In this document: one piece after another, positions 8,129 to 18,115 of the stretch | Layout: every line of letters starts with the position of its first letter | How positions within the stretch are numbered: the stretch's first letter is position 1 | The notes under the pieces: generated by a model | What the model saw: only the letters and a program-made list of their open reading frames with translations | What the model was told of the DNA's origin: nothing | Databases searched by the model: none | Assembly (NCBI GenBank): GCA_040389985.1 | Contig: JAZJZH010000012.1 | Coordinates: forward strand, 35,027-99,026 | Direction: 5' to 3' | Source: Pseudomonadota bacterium | GTDB lineage: Bacteria > Pseudomonadota > Alphaproteobacteria > Sphingomonadales > Sphingomonadaceae | DNA length: 64,000 bases | Made by a program: the position numbers and the translations under genes

Positions 8129-9262
8129 ATGTTCCTTTCCGCCACTTTGCGCAGCCTTCGGGTCGCACCGATCGCTCTTGGCCTGTCGCTTGCGGCCTGT
8201 GGTCAGCAAAAGCCGCCGCAAAAAGGGCCGGTGGAAGTGGGCGTGGTCACGCTGAGCACGCAGGACGCCACGGTGTCCAGCGAACTGCCCGGCCGCACCG
8301 TATCGACCATGATGTCGGAAGTGCGGCCGCAGGTGGTGGGCCTGATCCAGAAGCGGCTGTTCACCGAAGGATCGATGGTCAGCGCCGGCCAGCCGCTCTA
8401 CCAGATCGACGCCCGCCTCTATCGCGCCTCGCGCGACGAGGCGCAGGCCAGCCTGGCGAGCGCGCAGGCGACGGCGGTGGCGGCGCAGGCCAAGGCGCAG
8501 CGCTATCGCAGCCTGGGCGATACCGAAGCGGTCAGCGCACAGGACCGCGACGATGTGATCGCGACTGCGCGCCAGGCGAGCGCCGCGGTGCAACAGGCGC
8601 GCGCCAGCCTTCAGACCAGCAGCGTCAACCTGGACTTCACGCTGGTTCGGGCACCAATCAGCGGGCGGATCGGCCGCACCCTGTTCACGCCGGGCGCGCT
8701 GGTGACCACCAGCCAGACCGACCCGTTGACCACGATCCAGCAGCTCGACCCCATCTATGTCGACGTGACCCAGTCCAGCTCGCAAATCCTGGCGCTGCGC
8801 CGGTCCTTGGCGGCAGGCAAGACGCTGGCGGCCAGCGCGACCATCCGGCTGAAGCTGGAGGATGGCACCGACTATCCCCAGGAAGGACGGATCGAGTTTG
8901 CCGAGCCGATCGTCGACGTCAACAGCGGAACGGTGACGTTGCGGGCGCGCTTTCCCAATCCTGACGGGCTGTTGATGCCCGGCATGTTCGTGCGCGTGGT
9001 CGCGCCGCAATCGGTGGTGCCCGGCGCTATCCTTGCGCCGCAACAGGGCATCAACCGCGATCCCAAGGGCAACGCAACAGCGCTGGTCGTGAACAAGGCG
9101 AACAAGGTGGAACGCCGCATCGTCACCGCGACCCAGGCGATCGGCGACAAATGGCTGATCACCGCGGGCCTCAAGGCCGGCGACCGCCTGATCGTCGAGG
9201 GCACCGACAAGGTGAAAGCCGACGACGTCGTGAAGCCTGTCGCCGTCAAGTCGACGAAGTAG
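8129..9262 (+). CDS. RND efflux periplasmic adaptor (membrane-fusion protein, AcrA/MexA family), lipoprotein
   Basis: Inner part of ORF 7928..9262. ATG 8129 gives MFLSATLRSLRVAPIALGLSLAACGQQ (lipobox LAAC). Family motifs YQIDARLYRA, coiled-coil AQA..AQAKAQRY, VRAPISGRIGR. ATG 8069 is an alternative start. Confidence 0.9.
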   Translation: MFLSATLRSLRVAPIALGLSLAACGQQKPPQKGPVEVGVVTLSTQDATVSSELPGRTVSTMMSEVRPQVVGLIQKRLFTEGSMVSAGQPLYQIDARLYRASRDEAQASLASAQATAVAAQAKAQRYRSLGDTEAVSAQDRDDVIATARQASAAVQQARASLQTSSVNLDFTLVRAPISGRIGRTLFTPGALVTTSQTDPLTTIQQLDPIYVDVTQSSSQILALRRSLAAGKTLAASATIRLKLEDGTDYPQEGRIEFAEPIVDVNSGTVTLRARFPNPDGLLMPGMFVRVVAPQSVVPGAILAPQQGINRDPKGNATALVVNKANKVERRIVTATQAIGDKWLITAGLKAGDRLIVEGTDKVKADDVVKPVAVKSTK

Positions 9263-9272
9263 GAGCCGACCT

Positions 9273-12200
9273 TTGCTCAGTCGCTATTTCATCGAACGGC
9301 CGATCTTCGCCTGGGTCATCGCCATCGGCATCATGCTGGCGGGCCTGGGCGCGATGTTGTCGCTCCCCATCGCCCAATATCCCGACATCGCCCCGCCCGG
9401 CGTCGGCATCAGCGCCACCTATCCCGGTGCATCGGCGGAAACCGTCGAGACGAGCGTGACGCAGGTGCTGGAACAGCAGCTGACCGGCATCGACGGATTG
9501 ATGTATTTCTCCTCCTCGTCCTCTGCAACGGGACAGGCGCGGATCACCGTGACATTCCAGAAGGGCACCGATCCAGACACCGCGCAGGTGCAGGTGCAGA
9601 ACCGGGTGCAGCAGGCGCTGAGCCGCCTGCCCAATGCGGTGCAGCAGCAGGGCCTGTCCGTCACCAAGCAGCAGACCGACTTCCTGATGCTGGTCGGCCT
9701 GTATGACGAGACGGATACGGCGACGCAGGCGGATATCGCCGATTATCTGGTGAATAATTTCCAGGACCCGATCGCGCGCATCGACGGCATCGGCGCGACC
9801 CAGATCTTCGGTTCGCAATATGCGATGCGGGTGTGGCTGGACCCCTATAAGCTGGCCGCCGTCAAATTGATGCCGTCCGATGTGCAGAGCGCGATTTCGG
9901 CGCAGAATGTCGAAGTGTCGGCCGGCCAGATCGGCGCCGATCCAGCGCCCGCCGGGCAGCAGATCAACGCGACCGTGACGGCGCGCGCGCGGCTGCAAAC
10001 GCCCGAACAATTCCGCAACATCATCGTCAAGACGCAGACCGACGGATCGATCGTCCATCTGTCCGACGTGGCGCGGGTGGAACTTGGCAATGAAAGCTAT
10101 ACTACGGCGGCGCGGTTGAACGGCCATCCCGCGTCCGGCGTCGCCTTGCAACTCGCGCCGGGCGCCGACGCGCTCAAAACCGCCGAACTGGTCAAGGCCA
10201 AAGTCGCCGAACTGTCCGGCAGCCTGCCGCACGGCTACAAGGTCGTCTTTCCACGCGACACGACGCCCTTCATACAATTGTCGGTCGAGGAAGTCATCAA
10301 GACGCTGATCGAAGCGGTCGCGCTGGTCGTGGTGGTGATGTTCGTTTTCCTGCAGAGCTGGCGCGCGACGCTGATCCCGGCCATTGCCGTGCCGGTGGTG
10401 CTGCTGGGCACGTTCGGCATTCTTGCCCTGTTCGGCTATTCGATCAACACGCTGACCCTGTTCGGCATGGTGCTGTCCATCGGCCTGCTGGTCGATGACG
10501 CGATCGTCGTGGTCGAAAATGTCGAGCGCATCATGGAGGAGGAGGGGCTTTCCCCGCGTGAGGCGACGATCAAGTCTATGGAGGAGATCGGCAGCGCGCT
10601 GGTCGGCATCGCCCTGGTCCTGTCGGCGGTGTTGCTGCCCATGGCCTTTTTCGGCGGATCGACCGGCGTCATCTATCGGCAATTTTCCATCACAATCGTG
10701 TCATCGATGCTGCTGTCGGTGGTGGTTGCGCTCATCCTCTCGCCAGCGCTTTGCGCCACCATCCTCAAATCCGCGAGCGAGGAGCATCGCGACAAGGGCT
10801 GGGCCGGCAAGTTCAATCGCTGGTTCGAACGGCTGACCGGCGGCTATGTCCGCCGCACGCAGCAGATGCTGGGGCGGCGCAAGCTGTTCTGGGGGCTGTA
10901 TGTCGTGGTGCTGGCGCTGCTGGTGCTCATCTTCGTCCGCCTGCCGTCCAGCTTCCTGCCGGTCGAGGACCAGGGCCAGGTGATGGTGCAGGTTACCCTG
11001 CCCGCCGGCGCCAAATCCAGCCGGACCAACGCCGTCATCGATCAGGTGCAGAATTATTTCCTGAACGATGAAAAGGACAATGTCGCCTACGCCTTCATCA
11101 TGACCGGGTTCAGTTTCCAGGGGCAGGGCGAAAATGTCGGACAGGGCTTCATCAACCTGGCACCATGGGACGAGCGCAAGGGGACGGCAAACACGGCGGG
11201 GACCATTGCCGGACGCGCGACCAAACAACTCGCGGCGATCCGCGATGCCAAAGTGCTGGGCATGACGCCGCCGGCCATCCGGGGCCTGGGCCAATCGAAC
11301 GGTTTTACTTTCGAATTGCTTAACAATGGCAGCCTCAGCCGCGCGCGTTTTCTGGAACTGCGCAACCAGTTGATCGACGCAGCGTCAAAAGACCCGGTGC
11401 TGGCCGGCGTGCGCGCCGCATCGCTGGAGGATACGCCCCAGCTCAAGGTCGATATCGACAATGAGAAGCTGGCGGTGCTGGGCCTGACGCAGAGCGATGT
11501 GGACGATGTGCTCAGTTCCGCCTGGGGCAGCACCTATATCAACGATTTCGTCGATCGCGGCCGGGTGAAGCGCGTCTACATGCAGGCCGATGCGGCCTAT
11601 CGCGCGCTGCCCACCGATATCGACAATTGGATGGTGCGGTCCAGCAGCACGGGGCAAATGGTGCCCTTCTCCGCCTTTGCCACCACGCATTGGACGATGG
11701 GGCCAAGCACGATGGCGCGCTTCAACGGCCTGTCCTCGTTCGAAATTCAGGGCCAAGCAGGTGCGGGCGCCAGTTCGGGCGATGCGATGGACCGGATGGT
11801 CGAACTGCAAAAGCAGCTGCCCGCCGGCACCAGCTATGCGTGGAGCGGCCTGTCCTATCAGGAGCAATTGTCCGGTGGACAGGCGCCGCTGCTCTACGGC
11901 CTGTCGGTGCTGGTCGTGTTCCTGTGCCTGGCCGCGCTCTATGAAAGCTGGTCGATCCCGCTGGCGGTGCTGCTGGTCATCCCCCTCGGCCTGATCGGCG
12001 CGGTGATCGCGGTGTGGGCGCGAGGGCTGGAGAATAATATCTTCTTCCAGGTCGGCTTGCTCACGACGATGGGCCTGGCGGCGAAGAATGCGATCCTGAT
12101 CGTGGAATTCGCCGAATTGGCGCACAAGCAGGGCAAGGATCCGGTGACTGCGGCGCTGGAGGCGGCGCGGCTGCGCTTCCGTCCTATCCTGATGACCAGC

Positions 12201-12422
12201 CTTGCCTTCATCGCCGGCGTCATTCCGCTGGCGATCGCGACAGGCGCGGGCGCGCAGAGCCGCGTGGCCATCGGCACGGCGGTCGTCGGTGGCATGACGA
12301 CCGCGACGGTGCTGGCCATCTTTTACGTGCCGCTGTTCTTCGTCACGATTGCGGGCCTGTTCGCCGGTAAAAAGAACGCCGTGCCGCCGGCCCCGGCGCC
12401 AGGCGCAGGAGTTCCGGCATGA
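9273..12422 (+). CDS. RND multidrug/hydrophobe-amphiphile efflux permease (AcrB/MexB family, HAE1)
   Basis: 1049 aa. Canonical N-terminus MLSRYFIERPIFAWVIAIGIMLAG (TTG start). Contains LSIGLLVDDAIVVVENVERIM and 12 TM segments with two large periplasmic loops. Confidence 0.95.
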   Translation: MLSRYFIERPIFAWVIAIGIMLAGLGAMLSLPIAQYPDIAPPGVGISATYPGASAETVETSVTQVLEQQLTGIDGLMYFSSSSSATGQARITVTFQKGTDPDTAQVQVQNRVQQALSRLPNAVQQQGLSVTKQQTDFLMLVGLYDETDTATQADIADYLVNNFQDPIARIDGIGATQIFGSQYAMRVWLDPYKLAAVKLMPSDVQSAISAQNVEVSAGQIGADPAPAGQQINATVTARARLQTPEQFRNIIVKTQTDGSIVHLSDVARVELGNESYTTAARLNGHPASGVALQLAPGADALKTAELVKAKVAELSGSLPHGYKVVFPRDTTPFIQLSVEEVIKTLIEAVALVVVVMFVFLQSWRATLIPAIAVPVVLLGTFGILALFGYSINTLTLFGMVLSIGLLVDDAIVVVENVERIMEEEGLSPREATIKSMEEIGSALVGIALVLSAVLLPMAFFGGSTGVIYRQFSITIVSSMLLSVVVALILSPALCATILKSASEEHRDKGWAGKFNRWFERLTGGYVRRTQQMLGRRKLFWGLYVVVLALLVLIFVRLPSSFLPVEDQGQVMVQVTLPAGAKSSRTNAVIDQVQNYFLNDEKDNVAYAFIMTGFSFQGQGENVGQGFINLAPWDERKGTANTAGTIAGRATKQLAAIRDAKVLGMTPPAIRGLGQSNGFTFELLNNGSLSRARFLELRNQLIDAASKDPVLAGVRAASLEDTPQLKVDIDNEKLAVLGLTQSDVDDVLSSAWGSTYINDFVDRGRVKRVYMQADAAYRALPTDIDNWMVRSSSTGQMVPFSAFATTHWTMGPSTMARFNGLSSFEIQGQAGAGASSGDAMDRMVELQKQLPAGTSYAWSGLSYQEQLSGGQAPLLYGLSVLVVFLCLAALYESWSIPLAVLLVIPLGLIGAVIAVWARGLENNIFFQVGLLTTMGLAAKNAILIVEFAELAHKQGKDPVTAALEAARLRFRPILMTSLAFIAGVIPLAIATGAGAQSRVAIGTAVVGGMTTATVLAIFYVPLFFVTIAGLFAGKKNAVPPAPAPGAGVPA

Positions 12423-13786
12423 TCCGCCTTTCACTGTCGGCTGTATCGCTGCTGGCGCTGGCCGGATGCAACATGGCGCCGACCTATGTGCGACCGACAG
12501 CGCCAGTGCCCGCCACCCTACCCAGCGGTGAAGCCTATGCGCCTGTGCAGGCTGGACAAAAAGCGGGCCTGGCCTGGACCGAGCTGGTCGGCGACACAAA
12601 GCTGCGTAGCGTGATCGAGCTTGCGCTGGCCAATAATCGCGACCTGCGCGTTGCAATAGCGAACATCCAGTCGGCGCGGGCGCAATATAAGGTCCAACGC
12701 GCCGCCCAGCTGCCGACCGTCACGGCCGACGCCGGGGCCAGCTTCATTCGCCAGAATGACAATCGGCAGAATAGTTACAGCGCCGACATCGGTTTCAGCG
12801 CGTTCGAGATCGACCTGTTCGGCCGCGTGCGTAACCTGACCCAGTCGGCGCTCGAAACCTATCTGGCGACCGAGGAAGGCGCGCGATCGACCCGGATCAC
12901 GCTGATCGCCGAGACGGCGACCGCTTATGCGACGCTGGCCGCTGACCAGGAATTGCTGGCGGTTTCGCGCCAGACACAGGCGAGCGCCCAGCGCACGCTG
13001 GACATCACCCGCCGGCTCAATGCCGCGGGTTTGATCGGGAAACTCGACGTCCATCAGGCTGAAACGACGGTCGAGCAGGCAGCGTCCGACGTCGCCGCCA
13101 CCGTCACCCAGGTCGCGCAGGATCGCAACGCGCTCGACCTGCTGGCAGGCGCCCCGGTGGAAGAGGCCTTGCTGCCCGCCTCGCTCGACAGCCTGATCGC
13201 GGGCGTGGCGAAGGTGCCGGCCGGCCTGTCATCGGACGTGCTGCTCCAGCGGCCCGACGTGCTTCAGGGGGAACATCAGCTCAAGGCCGCCAATGCCGAT
13301 ATCGGCGCGGCGCGCGCGGCGATGTTTCCCACGATCAGCCTGACGTCGGCGATCGGCGTGGCCAGTTCGGCCCTGTCGTCGCTTTTCACTGGCGGCGGCT
13401 TCGCCTGGTCGACCAGCCCGTCCGCCAGCCTGCCGATCTTCGGCGGCCCGAACCGCGGGAATCTGGAGTATAGCAAGGCGCAACGCGACCTGTATGTCGC
13501 CCAATATGAAAAGGCGGTGCAGACCGCCTTCCGCGAAGTCGCCGACGGACTGGCGCGCGAGGGGACGATCGATGCGCAGCAGGCAGCGCAGCGGCGGCTG
13601 GTGACGGCCAGCCAGCGCGCTTATGACCTGGCGGATCAGCGCTATCGATCGGGGATCGACACATTCCTGACCGCACTGACCAGCCAGCGCACCCTTTACA
13701 GCGCGCGGCAGTCGGCCATCGCCACAGACCTCGCCCTGGTGAGCAACCGGGTGCTGCTCTATCGCGTGATCGGCTCGGATCAATAA
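12419..13786 (+). CDS. RND efflux outer-membrane factor lipoprotein (NodT/OprM family)
   Basis: Lipobox LLALAGCNMAP. Family motif ALANNRDLRVAIANIQSARAQY. 455 aa. ATGA overlap with the permease stop. Confidence 0.93.
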   Translation: MIRLSLSAVSLLALAGCNMAPTYVRPTAPVPATLPSGEAYAPVQAGQKAGLAWTELVGDTKLRSVIELALANNRDLRVAIANIQSARAQYKVQRAAQLPTVTADAGASFIRQNDNRQNSYSADIGFSAFEIDLFGRVRNLTQSALETYLATEEGARSTRITLIAETATAYATLAADQELLAVSRQTQASAQRTLDITRRLNAAGLIGKLDVHQAETTVEQAASDVAATVTQVAQDRNALDLLAGAPVEEALLPASLDSLIAGVAKVPAGLSSDVLLQRPDVLQGEHQLKAANADIGAARAAMFPTISLTSAIGVASSALSSLFTGGGFAWSTSPSASLPIFGGPNRGNLEYSKAQRDLYVAQYEKAVQTAFREVADGLAREGTIDAQQAAQRRLVTASQRAYDLADQRYRSGIDTFLTALTSQRTLYSARQSAIATDLALVSNRVLLYRVIGSDQ

Positions 13787-14085
13787 GCAGCTATAGTATT
13801 TCTCTCCCTCTTCTACTGCGGCGCGAATCTGTTATGATGCGCTGATAATAAGGGAGAGGAACCATGCTGCTACTGGCACGGTGTCTGGATTGGCTCTGCC
13901 AATTATTTGCGTCGGGCGCGCAGGATGAAGTGCGTCTGAACCAGTTAATCTCGCGCTGCGGCGCGCGCGACAATAGGCCGCGCCGCCCCTGACGGGTTCA
14001 GCTTCGGGTGCGCAGCGATCAATCGGTTTAGGTGGAGCCGACTGGCTTATCCAAAGTCGGCCCCCAGCCTTTACCACATGATGAG

Positions 14086-14778
14086 TTAGCGCGTTCCGCT
14101 CGGCCGTTCCGCCAATGCCAGCCGCTTGGCCGTCGTCAGCGTCTGGCCGATGAACAGCAGCACCAGGATGGCGCCGATCACGCCCACGAACAGGTCGAAT
14201 CCAGACACCGCACCGAACCAGCCGGGGGCATAGCCCAACAGCATCATCGCGATCGTAAGCCCGATCAGCAGCAGCCGCAATTCAGTGGGTCCGGCGGCAA
14301 GATAGGATAGTTTGAACTCCCCCAATACCCGCGCCGACAGGTAAGCGTGGATCGAGAGCAGCAGATAACCCGCCAGTGCCACCAGCGCGACGTCCATGCG
14401 AATATAGGGACTGGCCCCCATGCCGGCGAGGATCAACAGGGTCGCCAGACCATCGCAGCTATGGTCGATGAAATAGCCATAGGATGGCCGCTCGATATGG
14501 CGGAAACGAGCCAGGCTGCCGTCCAGGGAATCGCCGAACCATTGCAGCGCATAGCCCGCAATCGCCAGCCACAGCCAGTCGACGCCCCAATTGCTGCCCG
14601 CATAACCCACGAAAATGGCGAAGGCACCGACCATGCCCAGTGCGGTGAGCATGTCTGGCGTGACCCAGCGCGGCATATGCGCGCACAGCCAGTTGAGCAG
14701 GTGCCTTTCTGCTACGGCGAGAATATTCTGTTGGATACGGGCGATGGGTGGGGCCGATTGGCCGGAAGGCAATGACAT
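14086..14778 (-). CDS. CDP-alcohol phosphatidyltransferase family membrane protein (orphan)
   Basis: Signature D-G-x2-A-R...G-x3-D-x3-D seen as FGDSLDGSLARFRHIERPSYGYFIDHSCDG. Multiple TM helices. Monocistronic, flanked by AT-richer non-coding DNA. Confidence 0.85.
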   Translation of the reverse strand: MSLPSGQSAPPIARIQQNILAVAERHLLNWLCAHMPRWVTPDMLTALGMVGAFAIFVGYAGSNWGVDWLWLAIAGYALQWFGDSLDGSLARFRHIERPSYGYFIDHSCDGLATLLILAGMGASPYIRMDVALVALAGYLLLSIHAYLSARVLGEFKLSYLAAGPTELRLLLIGLTIAMMLLGYAPGWFGAVSGFDLFVGVIGAILVLLFIGQTLTTAKRLALAERPSGTR

Positions 14779-14905
14779 GGCGCTTTATGACGGAAGGATG
14801 ACAAATAGACAATATTCGTTGCACCGCACGTCACAAGGTCATTGCCTGTCCACCGCCTTCCGGGCCAAAGGCGGCGACCGGGCGGGATGCCCCGTGGAGG
14901 AGCAT

Positions 14906-15163
14906 ATGAGCAAGGACCGGCCCCAGGATGTGCGCGATATCGTGGTGCGGATGGAGCAGCGACCCTCCAACCCAGTGCGCCGTGCGCGGCTGATGGTGGA
15001 GCAGGAAGTGCCGTCCGCCCGCCGCGGGCCGGGATGGGACCGGCATTGGCGCGAGCTGGAAGCCTATCTGGACGAGGGCATCGCCTGGACGATGCCGCAG
15101 GGTCTGGACGATACGCAATCCGAAGACGACAAAAAAAGGGCCGATCCGAAGACCAGCCCGTAA
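14906..15163 (+). CDS. hypothetical small acidic/basic protein (85 aa)
   Basis: Inner part of ORF 14615..15163. ATG 14906 is preceded by GGAGGAG at good spacing, and third-position GC is high like neighbouring genes. I recognise no motif (MSKDRPQDVRDIVVRMEQRPSNPV...). Confidence 0.4.
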   Translation: MSKDRPQDVRDIVVRMEQRPSNPVRRARLMVEQEVPSARRGPGWDRHWRELEAYLDEGIAWTMPQGLDDTQSEDDKKRADPKTSP

Positions 15164-15364
15164 AGTTTTAGGAGAGGATGCCTGAAAGGCACGATCTTTG
15201 TGTACCGGATGGTGAGTTGCCGCAAGTGCGAACGGCTGCTTTGCGATTGCAAAAATTGCATTCGTAGCGATACGCAACGCTTTCCGTAGGGGAAGACCTT
15301 ATTATGGTCGGACCAAATTAGGGTGTTTGCCGCCGCCACAGGACGCCCGAATCGCTGCGTCGGC

Positions 15365-16840
15365 TCACGCCCTGATTCGCAGCGTCGCCAGCGCTGCCAG
15401 CAATAGCGTGGCTGCCGCGAAGGCCATGGTCCAGATTGGGTCACCGGGGAAGAAAGCCTTCATGATCGATCCCATCGCTGTCGCCACCAGCAATTGCGGC
15501 AGCACCACGAAGATGTTGAACACGCCCATATAGACCCCCAACTTCGCCTGCGGCAGGCTGGAGGCGAGCATGGCATAGGGCATGGCGAGGATGGAGGCCC
15601 ATGCGATGCCGATCCCGACTTCACTCAGCAGCAGCAGGTCGGGATCGCGCACGACCAGGAAGCTGGCGAAGCCCGCCGCGCCCGCGACCAGGCACAGCGC
15701 ATGGGCGCGCGCCTTGCCGATCCACGCCGCGACCCAGGGCAGAATCGTCAAGGCAGCGACTGCGGCGACGCCATTGTAGACCGAGAAGAGCACCCCGACC
15801 CAGTTGCCACCAGCCTGATAGGCGGCGCTGGCGGGATCGGCCGACCCGAACATATATTGGGCGACGACCGGCGTGGTGTGAATCCACATGATGAAGAGCG
15901 CCGACCAGCTGAAGAACTGGATCCATCCCAGCTGTCGCATGATCGGCGGCATGTCGCCGATATCGCCGACGATATGCGCCAGCATATGCGCGCTTCGCCC
16001 CGCACGGGCCAGCAGGATCGCGATCAGGCTGGCCAGGCCATAGCCCGCTAGAAGCGCGGCGAGCAGATAGACTTCCTTTTCCATCGCCCAAAGCGTGACA
16101 AGCAACGCGACGACGGCCCCGGCGCTAATCCAGATAAGGCAGGGACCGATGGCGTGGCTTCCTAGATCGGGTGCCGCGGCGGCGGCGGCGTCAGCATCGG
16201 CAAAGGCGCGCATCTGGTCCGGCGCATATTCGCGCGTCGTCAACACTGTCCAGAGCACTGCTGCCAGCAACGCTGCGCCCCCCGCCCAGAAGCTGTAGCG
16301 GACGGTATCGGGCACCTGCCCCGCCGCCGCGACGTTGGCGACCCCCAGATGGTCGAGCATATAGGGAAAGAGCGATCCCACCACTGCGCCCGCGCCGATG
16401 AAGGCGGTTTGCACGGCATAGCCGATGATATGCTGGTCCTTGCGCAGCATATCGCCGACAAAGGCGCGGAACGGCTCCATCGAGATATTGAGGCTGGCGT
16501 CGAGCATCCATAGCAGCAACGCGGCCATCAGCAGCCCGTCACTCTGTGGCATCCCCAGCAATGCCAGTGCGGAGAGGATCGCACCCGCCAGAAAATAAGG
16601 GCGGCGGCGGCCGAGGCGGCCGAGCCAGGTTCGATCGGAAAGATGCCCGACGATCGGCTGGACCAGCAATCCGGTAAGCGGGGCGGCGACCCATAAGGCG
16701 GACAGATCGTCGATTCTGGAACCGAGCGACTGGAAGACCCGGCTCATATTGGCGTTTTGCAGCGCGAAGCCGATCTGGATGCCGAAAAAGCCGAAGCTGA
16801 TATTCCACAATCCGGCAAAGCCCTGTTTCGGCTTGTCCAT
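15365..16840 (-). CDS. MFS transporter, GPH/SLC45 (sucrose/maltose carrier-like) type
   Basis: Inner part of ORF 15365..17032. ATG 16840 (MDKPKQGFAGLWNISFGFFGIQIGFALQ) has GGAAGGG upstream. Family motif LSDRTWLGRLGRRRPYF. 12 predicted TM helices. Confidence 0.85.
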   Translation of the reverse strand: MDKPKQGFAGLWNISFGFFGIQIGFALQNANMSRVFQSLGSRIDDLSALWVAAPLTGLLVQPIVGHLSDRTWLGRLGRRRPYFLAGAILSALALLGMPQSDGLLMAALLLWMLDASLNISMEPFRAFVGDMLRKDQHIIGYAVQTAFIGAGAVVGSLFPYMLDHLGVANVAAAGQVPDTVRYSFWAGGAALLAAVLWTVLTTREYAPDQMRAFADADAAAAAAPDLGSHAIGPCLIWISAGAVVALLVTLWAMEKEVYLLAALLAGYGLASLIAILLARAGRSAHMLAHIVGDIGDMPPIMRQLGWIQFFSWSALFIMWIHTTPVVAQYMFGSADPASAAYQAGGNWVGVLFSVYNGVAAVAALTILPWVAAWIGKARAHALCLVAGAAGFASFLVVRDPDLLLLSEVGIGIAWASILAMPYAMLASSLPQAKLGVYMGVFNIFVVLPQLLVATAMGSIMKAFFPGDPIWTMAFAAATLLLAALATLRIRA

Positions 16841-17107
16841 GCCCATCCCTTCCCGTCGCGACGCGGCCGGCCTGTCGCCCGCCTGCATCAAACCGTGACC
16901 GCTCGCATGGCGTGGTGGGCAGGGCAAGCTACGCATACGAATACATTCGGATTCCGCAATTTGACCCAATGGTGCTGGACCAACTGGCCCACGTGTGATT
17001 CCTTGCCTCCGCATCGGCCGGGCGATAAGCATCCTAAGTTCCTAAGTTCCTTAGTCCGTTGGCCTCGCCGCTGACCGGCCCGTTATCTGTGGACGTCCCG
17101 CTCGGTC

Positions 17108-18112
17108 ATGAAATCAACAAATGCCTCCAGTCTCGTCACGCTGGCCCGAATCGCGGGCGTATCGGTGTCCACCGTGTCGCGCGCGCTTTCGGGCAATCCG
17201 ATGATTGCCCGCGCGACCCGCGAACGGATAGAGGCGCTGGCGCGCGACCATGGGTTTCAGATCAACCGCGCTGCCCGCAACCTGCGGTTGGGCCGCACCG
17301 GCGCGATCGGCGTCGTGCTGCCGCTTGGCCATGAAACCCAGCAGCATCTGTCCGACCCTTTCTTTATGAGCCTCATCGGCCCGCTGGCCGACGCGCTGGC
17401 CGATCGCGGCTACGACCTGCTGCTCTCGCGCGTCATTCCCACCGATGGCCAGTGGCTGGACCGGATCGTTGATGGCGGGCGGGTCGATGGCGTGCTGCTG
17501 ATCGGCCAGTCGGACCAGATCGACACGATCGAGCGGGTGGCCGCGCGCTATACGCCCCTGGTCGTCTGGGGCGCGGCGGTCGATGGCTATGCGCAGCTGA
17601 CCGTGGGGTCGGACAATGTCGCGGGCGGGCGCATGGCGGCCGATCATCTGCTGGCGCAGGGGCGCCGCCATCTGGCCTTTTTCGGCAATCCTGACGTGCC
17701 CGAATTCGCCGCCCGCCATGCTGGCTTTCGCGCGGCGCTGGCGCAGGCCGGCATGGGCGAAGGCCTGCTGCTGCCCGCGCATCTGACAACACAGGCATCC
17801 TATGACGCGATCCGCGCCTTGCTGGCCGATCATCCGCCGATCGACGGGATTGTCGCGGCGTCGGACGTCATCGCCATGAGCGCGCTGCGGGCGCTGGGTG
17901 ACGCCGGACTGCGCGTGCCGAGCGACGTCGCTGTCGTGGGCTATGACGATGTCATGGTCGCGTCGCAGACCACCCCGCCGCTCACGACCATCCGGCAGGA
18001 TGTCGCGCGCGGCGCGGCGCTGATGGTCGACCTGCTGTTCGACCGGCTGGCCGGAACGCCCGCCGCCTCGGCCTGCATGGCGCCGCATCTGGTGCAACGC
18101 GCGTCCGCCTGA
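17108..18112 (+). CDS. LacI-family transcriptional regulator (sux-type locus)
   Basis: HTH VTLARIAGVSVSTVSRALSG, followed by a periplasmic-binding-protein-like sugar-binding core (VVGYDDV...TTIRQD). Confidence 0.93.
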   Translation: MKSTNASSLVTLARIAGVSVSTVSRALSGNPMIARATRERIEALARDHGFQINRAARNLRLGRTGAIGVVLPLGHETQQHLSDPFFMSLIGPLADALADRGYDLLLSRVIPTDGQWLDRIVDGGRVDGVLLIGQSDQIDTIERVAARYTPLVVWGAAVDGYAQLTVGSDNVAGGRMAADHLLAQGRRHLAFFGNPDVPEFAARHAGFRAALAQAGMGEGLLLPAHLTTQASYDAIRALLADHPPIDGIVAASDVIAMSALRALGDAGLRVPSDVAVVGYDDVMVASQTTPPLTTIRQDVARGAALMVDLLFDRLAGTPAASACMAPHLVQRASA

Positions 18113-18115
18113 CGA

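Noticed and set aside
15178-15267. A 29-codon ORF (MPERHDLCVPDGELPQVRTAALRLQKLHS) behind AGGAGAGG, and the palindrome TGCAA-AAA-TTGCA at 15248..15260.
   Set aside because: The SD-to-ATG spacing is only ~3 nt and the ORF is tiny. It also lies between two convergent gene ends, where neither a promoter nor an operator is expected.
17033-17055. Tandem octamer CCTAAGTT CCTAAGTT CCTTAGT upstream of the LacI gene. It also reads as CTAAG-ttc-CTTAG inverted arms.
   Set aside because: It is fewer than three copies and very short, with no second occurrence in the window. It could be slippage debris. Evidence for a binding site or a functional repeat is insufficient.
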